From Gekko japonicus (taxonomy: Eukaryota), in the NCBI RefSeq assembly GCF_001447785.1, contig NW_015170281.1:269522-333521 (forward strand): a stretch of 64,000 nucleotides of DNA, in the 5' to 3' direction. Every line of letters starts with the position of its first letter. Positions within the stretch are counted from its first letter, which is position 1. A program made the position numbers and the translations under genes. Positions 37,216 to 48,695 of the stretch are shown in pieces. The notes under the pieces are model-generated. The model made no database searches, was not told the origin of the DNA, and worked only from the letters and a program-made list of their open reading frames with translations.

Positions 37216-40076
37216 TTCAAATTTTTTTTCTAAAACACTACAAGAAAAATAGGGATGAGGAACTATAAACTACAGGAGAAAGTAAAGAAAAACCACTAAA
37301 ACCCCAAGAGGTGGTGGTCATACAATGGTTACAATACAAAGCTTATAATAATAAAAATATTGGTTACATTAAATGTGATCATTAAATTCGCTTATATGTT
37401 TCACATCCAGAACTTCTGACTTCTTCAAAAACAATATAAAAGAACTCTTATATGTTATCAACAAAGAACAAAAACAGACTTCAGAAAAAATTAGCATCTC
37501 ATTTTTTATCTTTTCTTTCCCTCAAACGATATTCTTGCTTTGGGGCTGCCACCCCGAGTTCCAGTAGGTGATCCTTCATCACTTCCCTTGTGACTCTTTG
37601 TTAGCCGAATTGCTCCAAAAAGGAAACAATTGATACAGTTTTTAACTTCGGGAACAACCGTCTTTGTTTACGGAGGATGGCACTGATTCTGAGGTCCCCA
37701 ATAAGAGACTGAGGCAGACTTCTTAATAAGAATAATTGTTTACTAGCACACTTCACACAGTAAGCACACAACAACCACAACACACAAGAACTAGGAAATA
37801 CAGAAATTCAGCACAGTTGCAATTTGCAGGTAACGTTGGTTGATGCTTTGGGGTATAATTACCTGGCTGCTTCTGCGTGGCTCCAAACTTCAAGCGAAGG
37901 GGTAAGGATGGGGAGAAAATGGAAAGGAATAGCAAATGGACTCAGACTAGCTAAGACCACGTGCTAAGAAGTTCTAGCTGTGCACTGCTAGAACAAAGAG
38001 AGGGATGGGAAGGATTTGGAATGGAAAGCTGAATTGAAGGGTAAAGCAGGTTAAATAGAGGGCGTAGTTTGAGAGCGCTGGGGGGTTTCAGGTAGAATGC
38101 TCAAGAGAACGAACTGGAGGTGCGTTCCTGATTATATCAAAGAGGGTCAGGGGGAGGAGCTGGGGCCAGGAGACCTCCCCTGTGACGAGGCGTTCTGTCA
38201 TAGCCAAGAGGTCTGGGATTGGCTATTGTAATTCTCTGGGAGGGCCTGGAAACTGGAGGGCAGTTTGAGATCTAGTGACTAACTCAATTAGGACACCTGG
38301 GCTAGGGGTATTCGCATGTAGATGTATGACTCATCGCCAGGAGGCCAGGTTGAATAGAGAGTCTTTGTGAGGACGTGCTGTCCGTTGGTGTGAGGGGGAG
38401 GGGGCTTTCAGGTATGTGACCATGTAGCTGGTTTGAAATGGAGTCTGCTGCTTTTGTGTGACCATGTGCTTGGAACAAAATGGAGTCTGCTGCTTGCTGT
38501 GGCCGTGTGCTTAGAACAACATTGCGTTTGCTGGACATGGGAACACCTCAGGAATAGCAACCATAAGAGGAAACAGTGTCTCTGGTATGTATCCTATTGG
38601 GAGCTCACAGCATGTCAGTTTCTGGCACAGTCTGTCATTGGCACACTTCATCAGGTACAGTAACTCAGTTCATAAAAACACCATGGCAGGTGTGCAGGCT
38701 TACATCTTCTCATCTTCTTCCTCTGATGGTCCAAGTTGCTGCTGCAAGAACGCGCTCGCTTTCATAACAGAGTCAATTTTCCCCCTTTTGTCTTTAAATT
38801 TAAACAGCATGAATTCAGGTATGATTCATTTGTAGGGGATGTTATTCTTTTGTAAAAACAAATCCAAGTCTCTGTATTTTTTCCCTTTTCTTTCTTATTT
38901 CAAAGGGAATGTCTTTCAAAACTCTTATCTCCTTGCCGTCAATTTTAAGGGTAGTTCCATTTGTTGCCTTTAAGATCTGGTCTCTCACTTGTCTTCTGGA
39001 GAATCTAACCACCACCTCACCGGGCAGATTATTTTTCTTTATAATATAATTGTTCTTTATAATATAATTATAGATCACATCCATTTCACTTTGAAGAACA
39101 TCCACTTTTAAATCTGCAACCAGACCGAGGGCATCAATCATGATCTGCCTTAGATTCTCCTCTTTGGTCTCAGGAACTCCTTGATATCTCAGAATAAAGC
39201 TTGCTTTTTCCATTTGCAGCTGTAGAAGCTGAGCCTCATCTGAGTTTCTCTTCTTTTCCATCTCCTGTATTTGTTTTTTAAGCTTTTTAGTGTTGGCATC
39301 CATTTCTTTGTTCTCAGCTGTTTGCTATGTTTTTTTAATGCTCTCACTTAGTTGCTGTTGCTGTGCAGCGAAGTTATAATTGAGCATCTTCATTTGCTCC
39401 AGCAGGGCTTGCAAAGCATCTGTTAGCATCTTAGAAAAGTCTATGGTTACATCTGGTTGCGTGATCGCACTCGTTGGGCTGGCACTTCCTGAAGAAGGCT
39501 TAAGTTTCAGATGCTTATCTTTCTCCATCTTTTTCAGCAACATCTTTGAGGATGTTTACATTCAAAGTAAAGTTGCCAAAAGCCTCTCAAGTCTGCAAAA
39601 TGCCTAAAAGCCTCTTGTAAATTCTTTAATATCATCTCTTTCACTTTTAGTTCTGCCCCCCTTCTATTTTAAGTCCATTTTTATTTCAATGGGGGGGGGT
39701 TCCCCCCCTCGCTTTAAAAGGAACTTTCAACCGGTTCTCTGGCGTCTGCTTCAACCAAACTCACTTTTATTGTAGATCAAATAGATCATGCCATTTGTCA
39801 TTTAAAATGCTTGGCCTCCACACACTTGTCCCGGTGTGCATCTCTGAGTCCAGTACTGGAACACAGCGGCGAGACCATCGGGGCATCAGAACGCCTCAAT
39901 CCACTGGCAGTGTGCCATGGGAGAGGCCATCTCTGGCACCCCATGGCTAGAAACCCTTTGCAAGGGTTCCAGGGGAGTGCGTATGATCACACCCCCTCTC
40001 CAGCCACCAGTTCACAGATCGCGCCCTCGGGAGATCCCGTCCGGCATGTCTGCCATTAGAGCACCAAAACCGGAAG
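37216..40076 (-). mobile_element. L1-type element with 5' UTR, ORF1 and A-rich tail but no ORF2; 22-bp TSD
   Basis: TSD ctccaaagctgccattttctct at 37194-37215 and 40077-40098; ORF1 coiled-coil, RRM and CTD motifs (LRYQGVPE..EENL, VVVRFSRRQVRDQIL, LKDIPFEIRKKR). Confidence 0.85.
37599..38704. mobile_element. 1106-bp solo LTR with 4-bp TSD TCTT, inserted in the L1 ORF1 tail
   Basis: tgttagcc...ggcttaca inverted termini, tctt flanks; removal restores the ORF1 reading frame. Confidence 0.85.
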
Positions 40077-40359
40077 CTCCAAAGCTGCCATTTTCTCTAG
40101 GGGAATCGATCTCCGAAGTTTAGGAAATTTCCTGACACCACCTGCAGGAAGACAATTCTAACCTCACGCCATGCACTAGCAGAAAAATTTGTCCTGATCC
40201 AACCCTATATAAACAACTAACCACATAAATAAAGCACAACTGAACATTCTTGTTAAAATGGTCTCAACCCATTTCCCCACACCTTCAAACTTGGAAAACA
40301 ACATTGTTTGCAAGGCAATTCTAAGTTTGCACCACTTCATAGGGGCAACAATAGAAGGA

Positions 40360-40475
40360 CCGTTTTTCTTCTTTCCTTGACTGTGGGATTCCCAGGAGCA
40401 TCTGGTGGGCCACCATGGCAAACAGGATGCTGGACTAGAAGGATTCATGGTATGATACAGCGAGGCTTCTTATTT
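40360..40475 (+). mobile_element. CR1 3'-end fragment
   Basis: ctggtgggccac..caggatgctggactaga..ggcttcttat, similar to 28530-28604. Confidence 0.65.
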
Positions 40476-40539
40476 ACTACATGATATGGTAGCCAGTGAC
40501 CTGTTTGCCTTCCCTATTGCTTGCAGTTTCTGAATCAGG

Positions 40540-40740
40540 TCATAACTCAGTGGGAGAGCACATGGTTTGCATGCAGAAGGTGTTCTATCTCTCGCACTTC
40601 CATTTAGAAAACTATCTCAGGTAGGAGTGCTAAAGGAGATCTTGGAAAAACTGTTGCCACTCAGAGTAGACAGCAAACACTGCTGCCAGTGGTAGTACTG
40701 AGACAGAGACCAATGGTCTCAATCGTAAGCAGTTCCAAAC
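40540..40740 (+). mobile_element. Squam2-like tRNA-derived SINE, degenerate
   Basis: ctcagtgggagagcacatggtttgcatgcagaaggt head; gaccaatggtct tail region. Confidence 0.6.
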
Positions 40741-41419
40741 ATTCAACATTAAATATAAAGCATCATGTTATGATTCTTACCATCTGTATTTTTTTAAAGA
40801 AATGGGACTATTAATACAAAATAAAATCCTGAGAGCCATTACTTTTTAAATCCCACCCCCCACTAAATAAATCTCTCGTGTTTAAGACATGGAACACATA
40901 ATATGCCTGGAGAAGTACTTTGGCATTTGCTACAGTGGTCTCCTGATAATGATGATGATTATACTATTGCTAATCATATCTCACACTTTAAAATCTTAAT
41001 GAATACATGAGTCCCACAGATTAATAACATCATGCCAAAATATTTCTAGTAAGCTACATAAATTTGGAGCGGCTGGTAAATATCTGTCAGATTAGCAGTA
41101 TTGTTTCTGATTTTCCATTTTTCTTTATGAGCATGTTGGGTGAACTGGAGCAAAATTACAATTGCAATCATTTGCTAGAGTCTGAATGCTCACTTGAACA
41201 CCCTCATGTTCTTGCTTCATATACTTACATCCCAGGAAAATCAATTCTGTCTAATCCTTGTGTTGCATACTAACATTTCTTCTGAAATCAGACTGCATAG
41301 TTTTAGTATACCAATTATAACTACAAAGGGAATAAAAAAGTATGCAAATTTAAATGCACTATGTAAACAGAAGTGTGGAATAAGAGTCATTATAAAAGAA
41401 GAGGTTAAAAAAATGCTGG

Positions 41420-42205
41420 CATGGCGACCTTAATTGTAAGCCAATTGAGCTGATTGAGCGCACGGGCCGCTTTGCCCCCGGGAGGAAAGGTGAGATTGAC
41501 AGCTGCACTGAGATGCAGCGTGTCTCGGCGCTGAGTGGGCGGGGCTGGCCTTTATAGGCTCGGCCCCGTTCCCCCTCTTGTCAGTTGCGCCTCATGCTTG
41601 GCCCACCCGCCCACCCTGTGTTCTGTGTAGGCTTGTGCTGGCCGCTTGTTTGGGGCCGGGTAGGAATTTTTTCACACTTATCCAGATTGGCAGGCGGATG
41701 AGTGTTTTTTCGCCTACCTTACAACGAACATATGGGAATCTGTTCGGGCCTTCTTGGAGTACGGGCCAGTAATTAGCCAGTCACTTTGGCAGAGTAGGGT
41801 GAGAAAGAAAGCAGAACCAGTAAGCACTTTCAGCCAGTTCCAGTTTGGGACCAGGGGGTCATCAGGAAAGGCCCCAGGGCTGTAGGACTTAGGGCTGGGA
41901 ATGGTGACCACCTCAGGGAGCCTCTTGGGTAAACTCCTCCCTGAGGCTGTAGGGCTTCAGGGGTAGGCGCTCCTGGGGGGTGACCTGTGTGCTGGGCAGC
42001 CAGTCGCGGGCCAGAGACTTGGCCCTAGACTGGGGCTAGTGACTTGCCCATACATCTAGGCAAGGAGGTTGGCTGGAGTGACACCTGCCTGGCCTGTTCT
42101 GCTCCCACTTAGTTCCCTTGCTGTTGATTTATTATGCAAAAGAAATAGTTAATAAAGTGGTCCTTGTTTTGAATTCCAAACAGTTGTCTGTCTCATTATT
42201 TCTGG
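41420..42205 (+). mobile_element. DIRS/Ngaro-like terminal-repeat remnant (non-coding)
   Basis: CpG-rich; GC box 41537-41544, TATA-like 41551-41556, cccacccgcccaccc, structured U-rich motif, aataaagtggtcc end; family assignment is from memory of such elements. Confidence 0.5.
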
Positions 42206-42419
42206 CTCCAGGGGCAATAGATGAATAGGAAGCGATCAAGTAAATCCTAAGAAGGTGCAGGTGATGGACGGATTCAGAAAGATGGAGGTGAATAGAAATG
42301 AATGGATTCAACATCAGAATAAAACTAGCCAACCAACTTCCCACAGTGGAAGTTGGTGGCACAACATAGAATAATTAACGTGAAGAATACTGGGTAAGAG
42401 TAGGGGTGCCACCAAAGAT

Positions 42420-42980
42420 TGTGACATTCAAATTTCACCCCAGAATCTTGGTATGGAGAGGTATCTTGATATGGGGAGGTAAACACGTTACTTACCTGCT
42501 CTTCTCAACATGCAACAATATGTGAATATGCATGGACATTGGGGACGCTACATCACTCTAAGTATGTATAGGTGTTATCTCCTTGAATGGGATGCCTCTT
42601 TTTGTCTTAACCTGGGAGTTGCCCTCTGACCCTTCCTCTTTCTCCCTTTGTCATCTCACTCTCTTTATTTGGCCTTCCATGGAGACATGTGTCTCTGCAG
42701 GTCTCTCCAGTAGATATATTGCCCTCATACTCCCACACACGTGATGCTCCCTCTACTTCCCAGCACACAGCCTAAGGACAAGCTGGGCATTTGTGATAGG
42801 GAAAGTACTCTTTAGACTAGTCTTCTCTCTCTCCTTTCAACTGTAACCTGAATGTGAACTGGATCTACTTGAATAAATGTGTTTACTTTTTCTGCAATAT
42901 GTATTTACTGCACTCAGGATCATGCTTCTATGACTGGACAAACTCTGCTATATTAAACAAGTATCCCAATACTTCCCACA
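42420..42980 (+). mobile_element. 561-bp LTR-like unit in a tandem array with short spacers
   Basis: TGTG...CACA termini, AATAAA at 42872; junction sequence repeated at 42336-42455 and 42971-43075. Confidence 0.6.
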
Positions 42981-43664
42981 GTGGAAGTGGGTGGCAGAAC
43001 AAAGAACAATTTGGGTAAGAGTAGGGGTGCCACCAAAGATTGTGACATTTAGATTTCAGCCCAGATTTTGGTATCATGGTATGGGGAGTTTACTTACCTG
43101 CACTTCTCATATGGCAGTGTCACATGGCAGTCAGTTGCTTTGGGTTCCAAATTGTTCAGGAGAAGCCGCCACCCCCTTTGCCTTCTTCACATTGAAGGTG
43201 TTGATGGAAATACTCTAAATAGGCCTGGTCTGCAGGAGACTAATTAGGCCCTAATTTGGGGGTGGGAAGAATAGTGTGGGACTAGTAATTCAGGTTTATT
43301 GGATCAGCAAGCACTATGAGGTATTTATTCCTCAATCAAGCTATACCATTGTCTGGAGGCAGTGGGAAAGCTTCGCTGGGATTCTTCAACCCAGTGGTAG
43401 CAAAAAGTGGATGTGAAGAGTGACTTTGCAACATCATTTCTGGTTTGTACCCAGAAGTACAACTCTCTAGGAATTTGTCCATCTATGGTAAACATCACAG
43501 AGATGGGTCAACTCCCTGTTTCCAAAATGCTCCCTCTACTTCCCAGCACACAGCCTAGGGAGGGAACTCTCTTGGGTTTTGGCATCAAGGACTGAACCCA
43601 TATTCTGATCAGCATCAGGAGATGTTGACAGTCAGCATTTCTCAGCACCTTTTGTATTTGCAGA

Positions 43665-43870
43665 CTATTTATTTATTAATTTATTTAGAATATTTCTATG
43701 CTGCCTCTTCAGACTCGTTCTGCAGATGACTTACAAAGAAAAAACACATTATTTAAAATACAAACTATTAAAACAGAAGTCATTAGACATAAGCAGCATA
43801 AAAGCTATCCATAAATCAGAAGCAGAGTATTAAAAAGCTTTTGTGAGCAAATAATTCCTGAAGGTAATTT
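43665..43870 (-). mobile_element. Old L2-type 3' end
   Basis: (TAAA)n tail and terminal stem region. Confidence 0.5.
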
Positions 43871-45002
43871 TGTTCCATAAAACATTTAATTGTGATAACA
43901 TGCATCTTTTATCCTATGCAGTGTCTTTGTTTCCTGTATTTTCTGTAATAGTGTCATTATTTGCCCCCTTTTTTCTGAATGGGGGATGCAGCAGCCCTTC
44001 TTCCTCCCACGGTGCCATTCCAAGTCCATTTTGGGCTTTCCGTTTTTTAATTTTACTTGTAGTTCCCAGCAGCTGTTTTGTAGCTGCAGAGAACACGGTA
44101 AAATGAGTGTAAACATGTGACCCTTGAGTATATCGAGCATGGGTTTCAGTACAATCCTTAACCAGGATACAGTGTCTCTGTGAAGTTTCACGGATCAGTC
44201 CAACAAAGGATTTGGGACTATCAAAGTCAATACCCACTTGGGGACAGAATACTACATCAAATACTCATTATTACTGGTTTTTTTCACACTGGCTGTATTA
44301 ACATGATTAAATGTTGATTAGAAATGTTAAACCTCTGAAATTATATACAATGTAGATTATAGTTACACAATATTCATCTCATGTAGAATTTCACCATTGA
44401 AGCAGGTCTGTATTTCTGTTGTGTACTTTTTTTGCATCAATACACAAACACACATACATGTATATAATGCTGTCTTTAGAATACTTGTTTTCATTTTGTA
44501 TATTTTTTGTATTTTTATAAGTGCCCATACTATATTCCCCTTTGGGGAGGGGGGGGGGACAGATCTTACAGAGAAAAGTCCAGCATTGGAGGCACACTGA
44601 ATATATTATGAGTATGGCTTTGTCTCTACACTGAATTTACTAATAACAATTTTTACATTACTATGAAAGAAATGTGTGGTTTTCTGAGCCACTCAGAATC
44701 TGGTCCATGGCATCAGAGGAACCAAGTAGTATGTGGTGTGGGAGGATGCAGCATAAAGGTGGAAACTGGGGGAGGGAATCAACCACCCACTCACCCACCC
44801 ACACACACCCTTGTATAAGTTATTGTTTTCTTTATGGAAGAGCTCACACAAAAAAGAGGGGGTGATTTCTGCTGATCTCCTCTCAGACTACAGCCATCCA
44901 TTCTTCATTCCATGCTGTCCCTATGGGTTTTCCAATATTTATAATATGTTTCTCAGGGGACACAGGAAGAACTGGGGGAGAAAGGAAATACATGCTTTCT
45001 AG

Positions 45003-45407
45003 CAGGGGTCATTTCGTAGAAAAAGAGGTGCAGGAGCTCATTAGCATAACTCTTTAGCATAACTTATTTGCATATGCCACACCCCCTGACATCACCAGAA
45101 GTGCGTCAGAAGGCAACACCCACTGCTCAGGCTCCACTGGACTGTTTTAGATTGCTGTCTATTGGGGGGGGGGGATGTGCAGATCTGTCCTGGCAGAGGA
45201 GGGAGAGCTTGTACCTGAATAAAACTTGGTCTTAAAGGTGCCACTGGACTGTTTTGGACCGGGGGGGCTCTGCAGCTTACCTGGCTGCTTCTTGAACTGA
45301 CTGAGGGCTGCTGGGAGCAGGGGGTGGGGCTTGTTGCATGTGCCCGCCCCTGGGCTCTTTACTGCCAGAGCTCCGCTCCTGTGCACTCCTGCAGGAAATG
45401 ACCCCTG
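45003..45407 (+). mobile_element. hAT MITE (CAGGGGTCATTTC TIR), perfect 8-bp TSD ctttctag
   Basis: TIRs and TSD directly visible. Confidence 0.9.
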
Positions 45408-45943
45408 CTTTCTAGGAACCCCTTTCCCTCACAATTCATAGTATCCAGTACAATTTGTATTAGTGACTCAGTAAATTAATCCGGTACTGTCAGCATTCAC
45501 ACGGAGCCAGGTTGTGAATATTCTATATAACATATTTTCTGGATCCATATCAGGATATATATGTATATCCACGACTTGTAACATTTTAATAACATTGTAT
45601 CCAGAAGAAAATCAATAAACAACAAGTATCAAATTATTTAAATCCAGAACAAAAGTTTCTGTATAACAATGGCTGTCGGAAAAGTAAAACCCCCAGCCTT
45701 TAAAAAAATTCAATAAAATAATGCAAGGCCTTGAACACACATACAGCTTTAGCAAGCTATAGGCATACATCTTTTTTTTTAAGTTTGGGGAAATGATTAA
45801 TTTCATAATCTCCAAATTCACCAAACCTCAATAAACCAATAAAAAAGAAATTCTTTCAAAAACAGTTTCCAACTTAAACTTTCCTTTCTTGCTTTTTTTT
45901 AAAATATATTTTTAAGAAGCCCTTGGAATGTATTTTATCATCT

Positions 45944-46083
45944 NNNNNNNNNNNNNNNNNNNNNNNNNNNNNNNNNNNNNNNNNNNNNNNNNNNNNNNNN
46001 NNNNNNNNNNNNNNNNNNNNNNNNNNNNNNNNNNNNNNNNNNNNNNNNNNNNNNNNNNNNNNNNNNNNNNNNNNNNNNNNNNN
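45944..46083. other. Assembly gap (140 N)
   Basis: Direct. Confidence 1.
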
Positions 46084-47282
46084 CTGGGAATTATATCACC
46101 ATAATCAGCTTGTAATGAAAGCCTCTGTCGCTGTTCTCTCCCAATCATAATCTGCCTGTCTTTATGAAAAAAAAGGAGGGGGTGTCTGGGTTCATCTGCA
46201 AGCTTTAATTGGAAGATGTCTTCATTTCATTCCAGCCTACTGGGATAATAACTCAGCCCTGTGTTTAAACACAGGCCCTTGCTGCTGATATTTTTTCATT
46301 TAGTAAAGCATGTCTCTTTAAATGATTTAGCAAATCATCAAGAATGCCAAGCCTCTGTGATTGGCAGCTGATTGCTAGTGCACCATTTGCATGACATTTG
46401 TTCTTCAGCTAAGAAAGCTGCAGCAGGTAAACAAGCAGGCCCTATACTGACTCCCTTTGAGTCCCTTCCTGTTTATTTTCTCATAATCAAATGACATTTA
46501 CGGAGAGGCAAATGCAGCTGCACATATATGGAGAAAAAATGTAATCAGGCTAAACATGATGACTTCATTCGGGTGATATTTTGATTAGAGAAAGGACATT
46601 TTTATGACATAGGATTTTTTCCAAAGAAAATCAGTCAAATTTCATTTTATAGTCTCTAGCTTGCTTTCATTTTTTTTAATATAAAGGTTGGATTCCAACA
46701 ATTGACTGCTGGTTGATGGCACCATGAGGGTTTGATTACAAGATGTAGGAGCAAGCAGTAGGGTCTCTGCTGGGGTTCTTTACAATAAGTCGGGTCTCTA
46801 GGATATAAAAGGAGCTATGTTTTGGTGTATCTTAATGGTTTTCCCTAGAAGAGACTTCGGAAAGAATTCTCTGAAGTTTCAAGGTGATAAAACTTGCAGA
46901 GTGACACATCACAGTGATGAACAAGTTGCATAAGAACAAAGTGGCCAGTTAACAGACGTAAGACACAGAATGTGTCTTTTGCATAATGCAAAGTTAGTAT
47001 TACAGCAAAAGAGAAGGAAGAGGAGACAGCAAGAAGGAAGAGAGGAGGTAAAGCTGAAACAAGTGCTCAAGAAAAAGAAATTATGGAGTGTACCAAAGCA
47101 TTTTGGTTAAATCTTTATACTTGCAAGTTCTGTGGTGACCAAACGTTTCTTTCAACCTCTGGACTTAACATAAATTGTAGTTGTAATTTTTGAAGAAGGC
47201 ATCAAAATGCTTAATAAACATTTGTTCAGGATCTCTTTGAGGCTCAACAGCTCTTCCCTTTATTTTTTATTTTTATGAAAAT

Positions 47283-47546
47283 GAGCCAGTTTGGTGTAGT
47301 GGTTAAGTGCGCTGACTCTAATCTGGGAAAACTGGGTTTGATTCCCCACTCCTCCACTTGCAACTGAGGGATAACCTTGGGCAAGCCATAGTTCTGGCAC
47401 AGCTGTTCTTGAAAAAGAGCAGTTTCTGTCAGAGCTCTCTCGGCCCCACCTACTTCGCAGGTGTCTGTTGTGGGGAAGGGAAGGGAAAGGAGTTTGTAAG
47501 CTGCTCTGAGACTTTGGGTAGTGAAGGGCAGGGTATAAATCCAAAC
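47283..47546 (+). mobile_element. Squam3-like SINE
   Basis: A and B boxes plus family body. Confidence 0.85.
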
Positions 47547-47756
47547 TAGTATTAGAATTTTTGTTCATATGCCTTTCCATGGGTCTTATCTTTGAATAAT
47601 TCAATTTTTTAAAAAAATATTGTACAGTAAAGAGCATCTAGTGACACACTTGCGACGAAGGTAACTCTAAATGGTTGGTGTTTGTACAGTCTCTATCAAT
47701 ACCTATTCATGCCTGTTTCCTAGAACACATGCATATCTCAAACACAAAGAAAGCAA

Positions 47757-48300
47757 GATCCAGTTGGTCAGCTGTGTTGGTCTGAAGCAGTACAACAAAT
47801 TTAGAGTGATGGCACCTTTAAGACCAACAAAGGTTTATTCAAGGTATGAGCTTTTATGTGCATGCACACTTTATCAAAAACATTAGAATGGCAGACAAGG
47901 TTCAAACTTATAGCCAGAGAATGAACAGCAAAATAACATGCATGATGATGATGATGATATGCAAAGTGACACTAAATAACAAGTTAAGGTTATAGGGTCA
48001 ACAGCTGTAAAGCAATAAATATGTCAAACTAGCAGATAAATGTCTAAAGGTGTCTTTTCTAATTGTGGGAAGTGACTGGGAATCTATCCCATATATCACA
48101 TATGTATTCTCAACAAGAAGGACTATAAATTCTCTGTATTTTCATGTATTTTTCAGAATACTATATTAGGACGCTGAATATATGCAAGGGATATTAGGAT
48201 GTCTGCTGACATAGCAGCAATTTTTGGAGGGGGAGGAGAGTATGAAAATTCCTTGAATAAACCTTTGTTGGTCTTAAAGGTGCCATGGGACTCTAAATAT
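47757..48300. mobile_element. Penelope-like element remnants in inverted arrangement
   Basis: tggcacctttaagaccaacaaaggtttattcaagg (47810-47844) and its inverse at 48251-48286. Confidence 0.7.
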
Positions 48301-48695
48301 ATTTTTATATCATGGTTTTTAATTCATGATTAGATGGTCTTAAGTAGAAAATTGCTTGTGTAGCTTTCTTTGATAGAATAGCTTTCTTGTGGATAGGCTC
48401 ATTCATAGAACAACTGGATTTAGTATGAGTACTTTTAGAGGAGCCAGTGGAATGGGTGAGGATAATACTGGAAGATAAAGAAGATATGACAGGTCAAAAC
48501 AGTTATGGTGGAACAGTATAGTGTGCCCATGAAGAATTTGTTTGGCGAAGTAACATTGATACAGCACCTCCCTCAGTAACTCAGTAACTCTCCTCAGTAA
48601 TTTTGACAAGCTGGAAAAAGACATAGCATCAATACAGATAACAACAACAGAAGAAGAAGCATGTTGGATGAAAGCATAGAGATATGAGAGTTTAT

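Larger units (their letters stand above)
36628..40205. mobile_element. Harbinger-type MITE (GGGTTGGATC TIR, TAT TSD) expanded to 3.6 kb by nested insertions
   Basis: tat|ggattggatc ... gatccaaccc|tat. Confidence 0.6.

Noticed and set aside
41659-41800. MALAT1-like triplex plus mascRNA module
   Set aside because: No genomic A-rich tract or tRNA-like cloverleaf follows the U-rich loop, so only a poly(A)-clasping ENE is proposed.
48430-48690. Purine-rich coding-looking stretch
   Set aside because: The plausible + frame has in-frame stops and no convincing splice sites.
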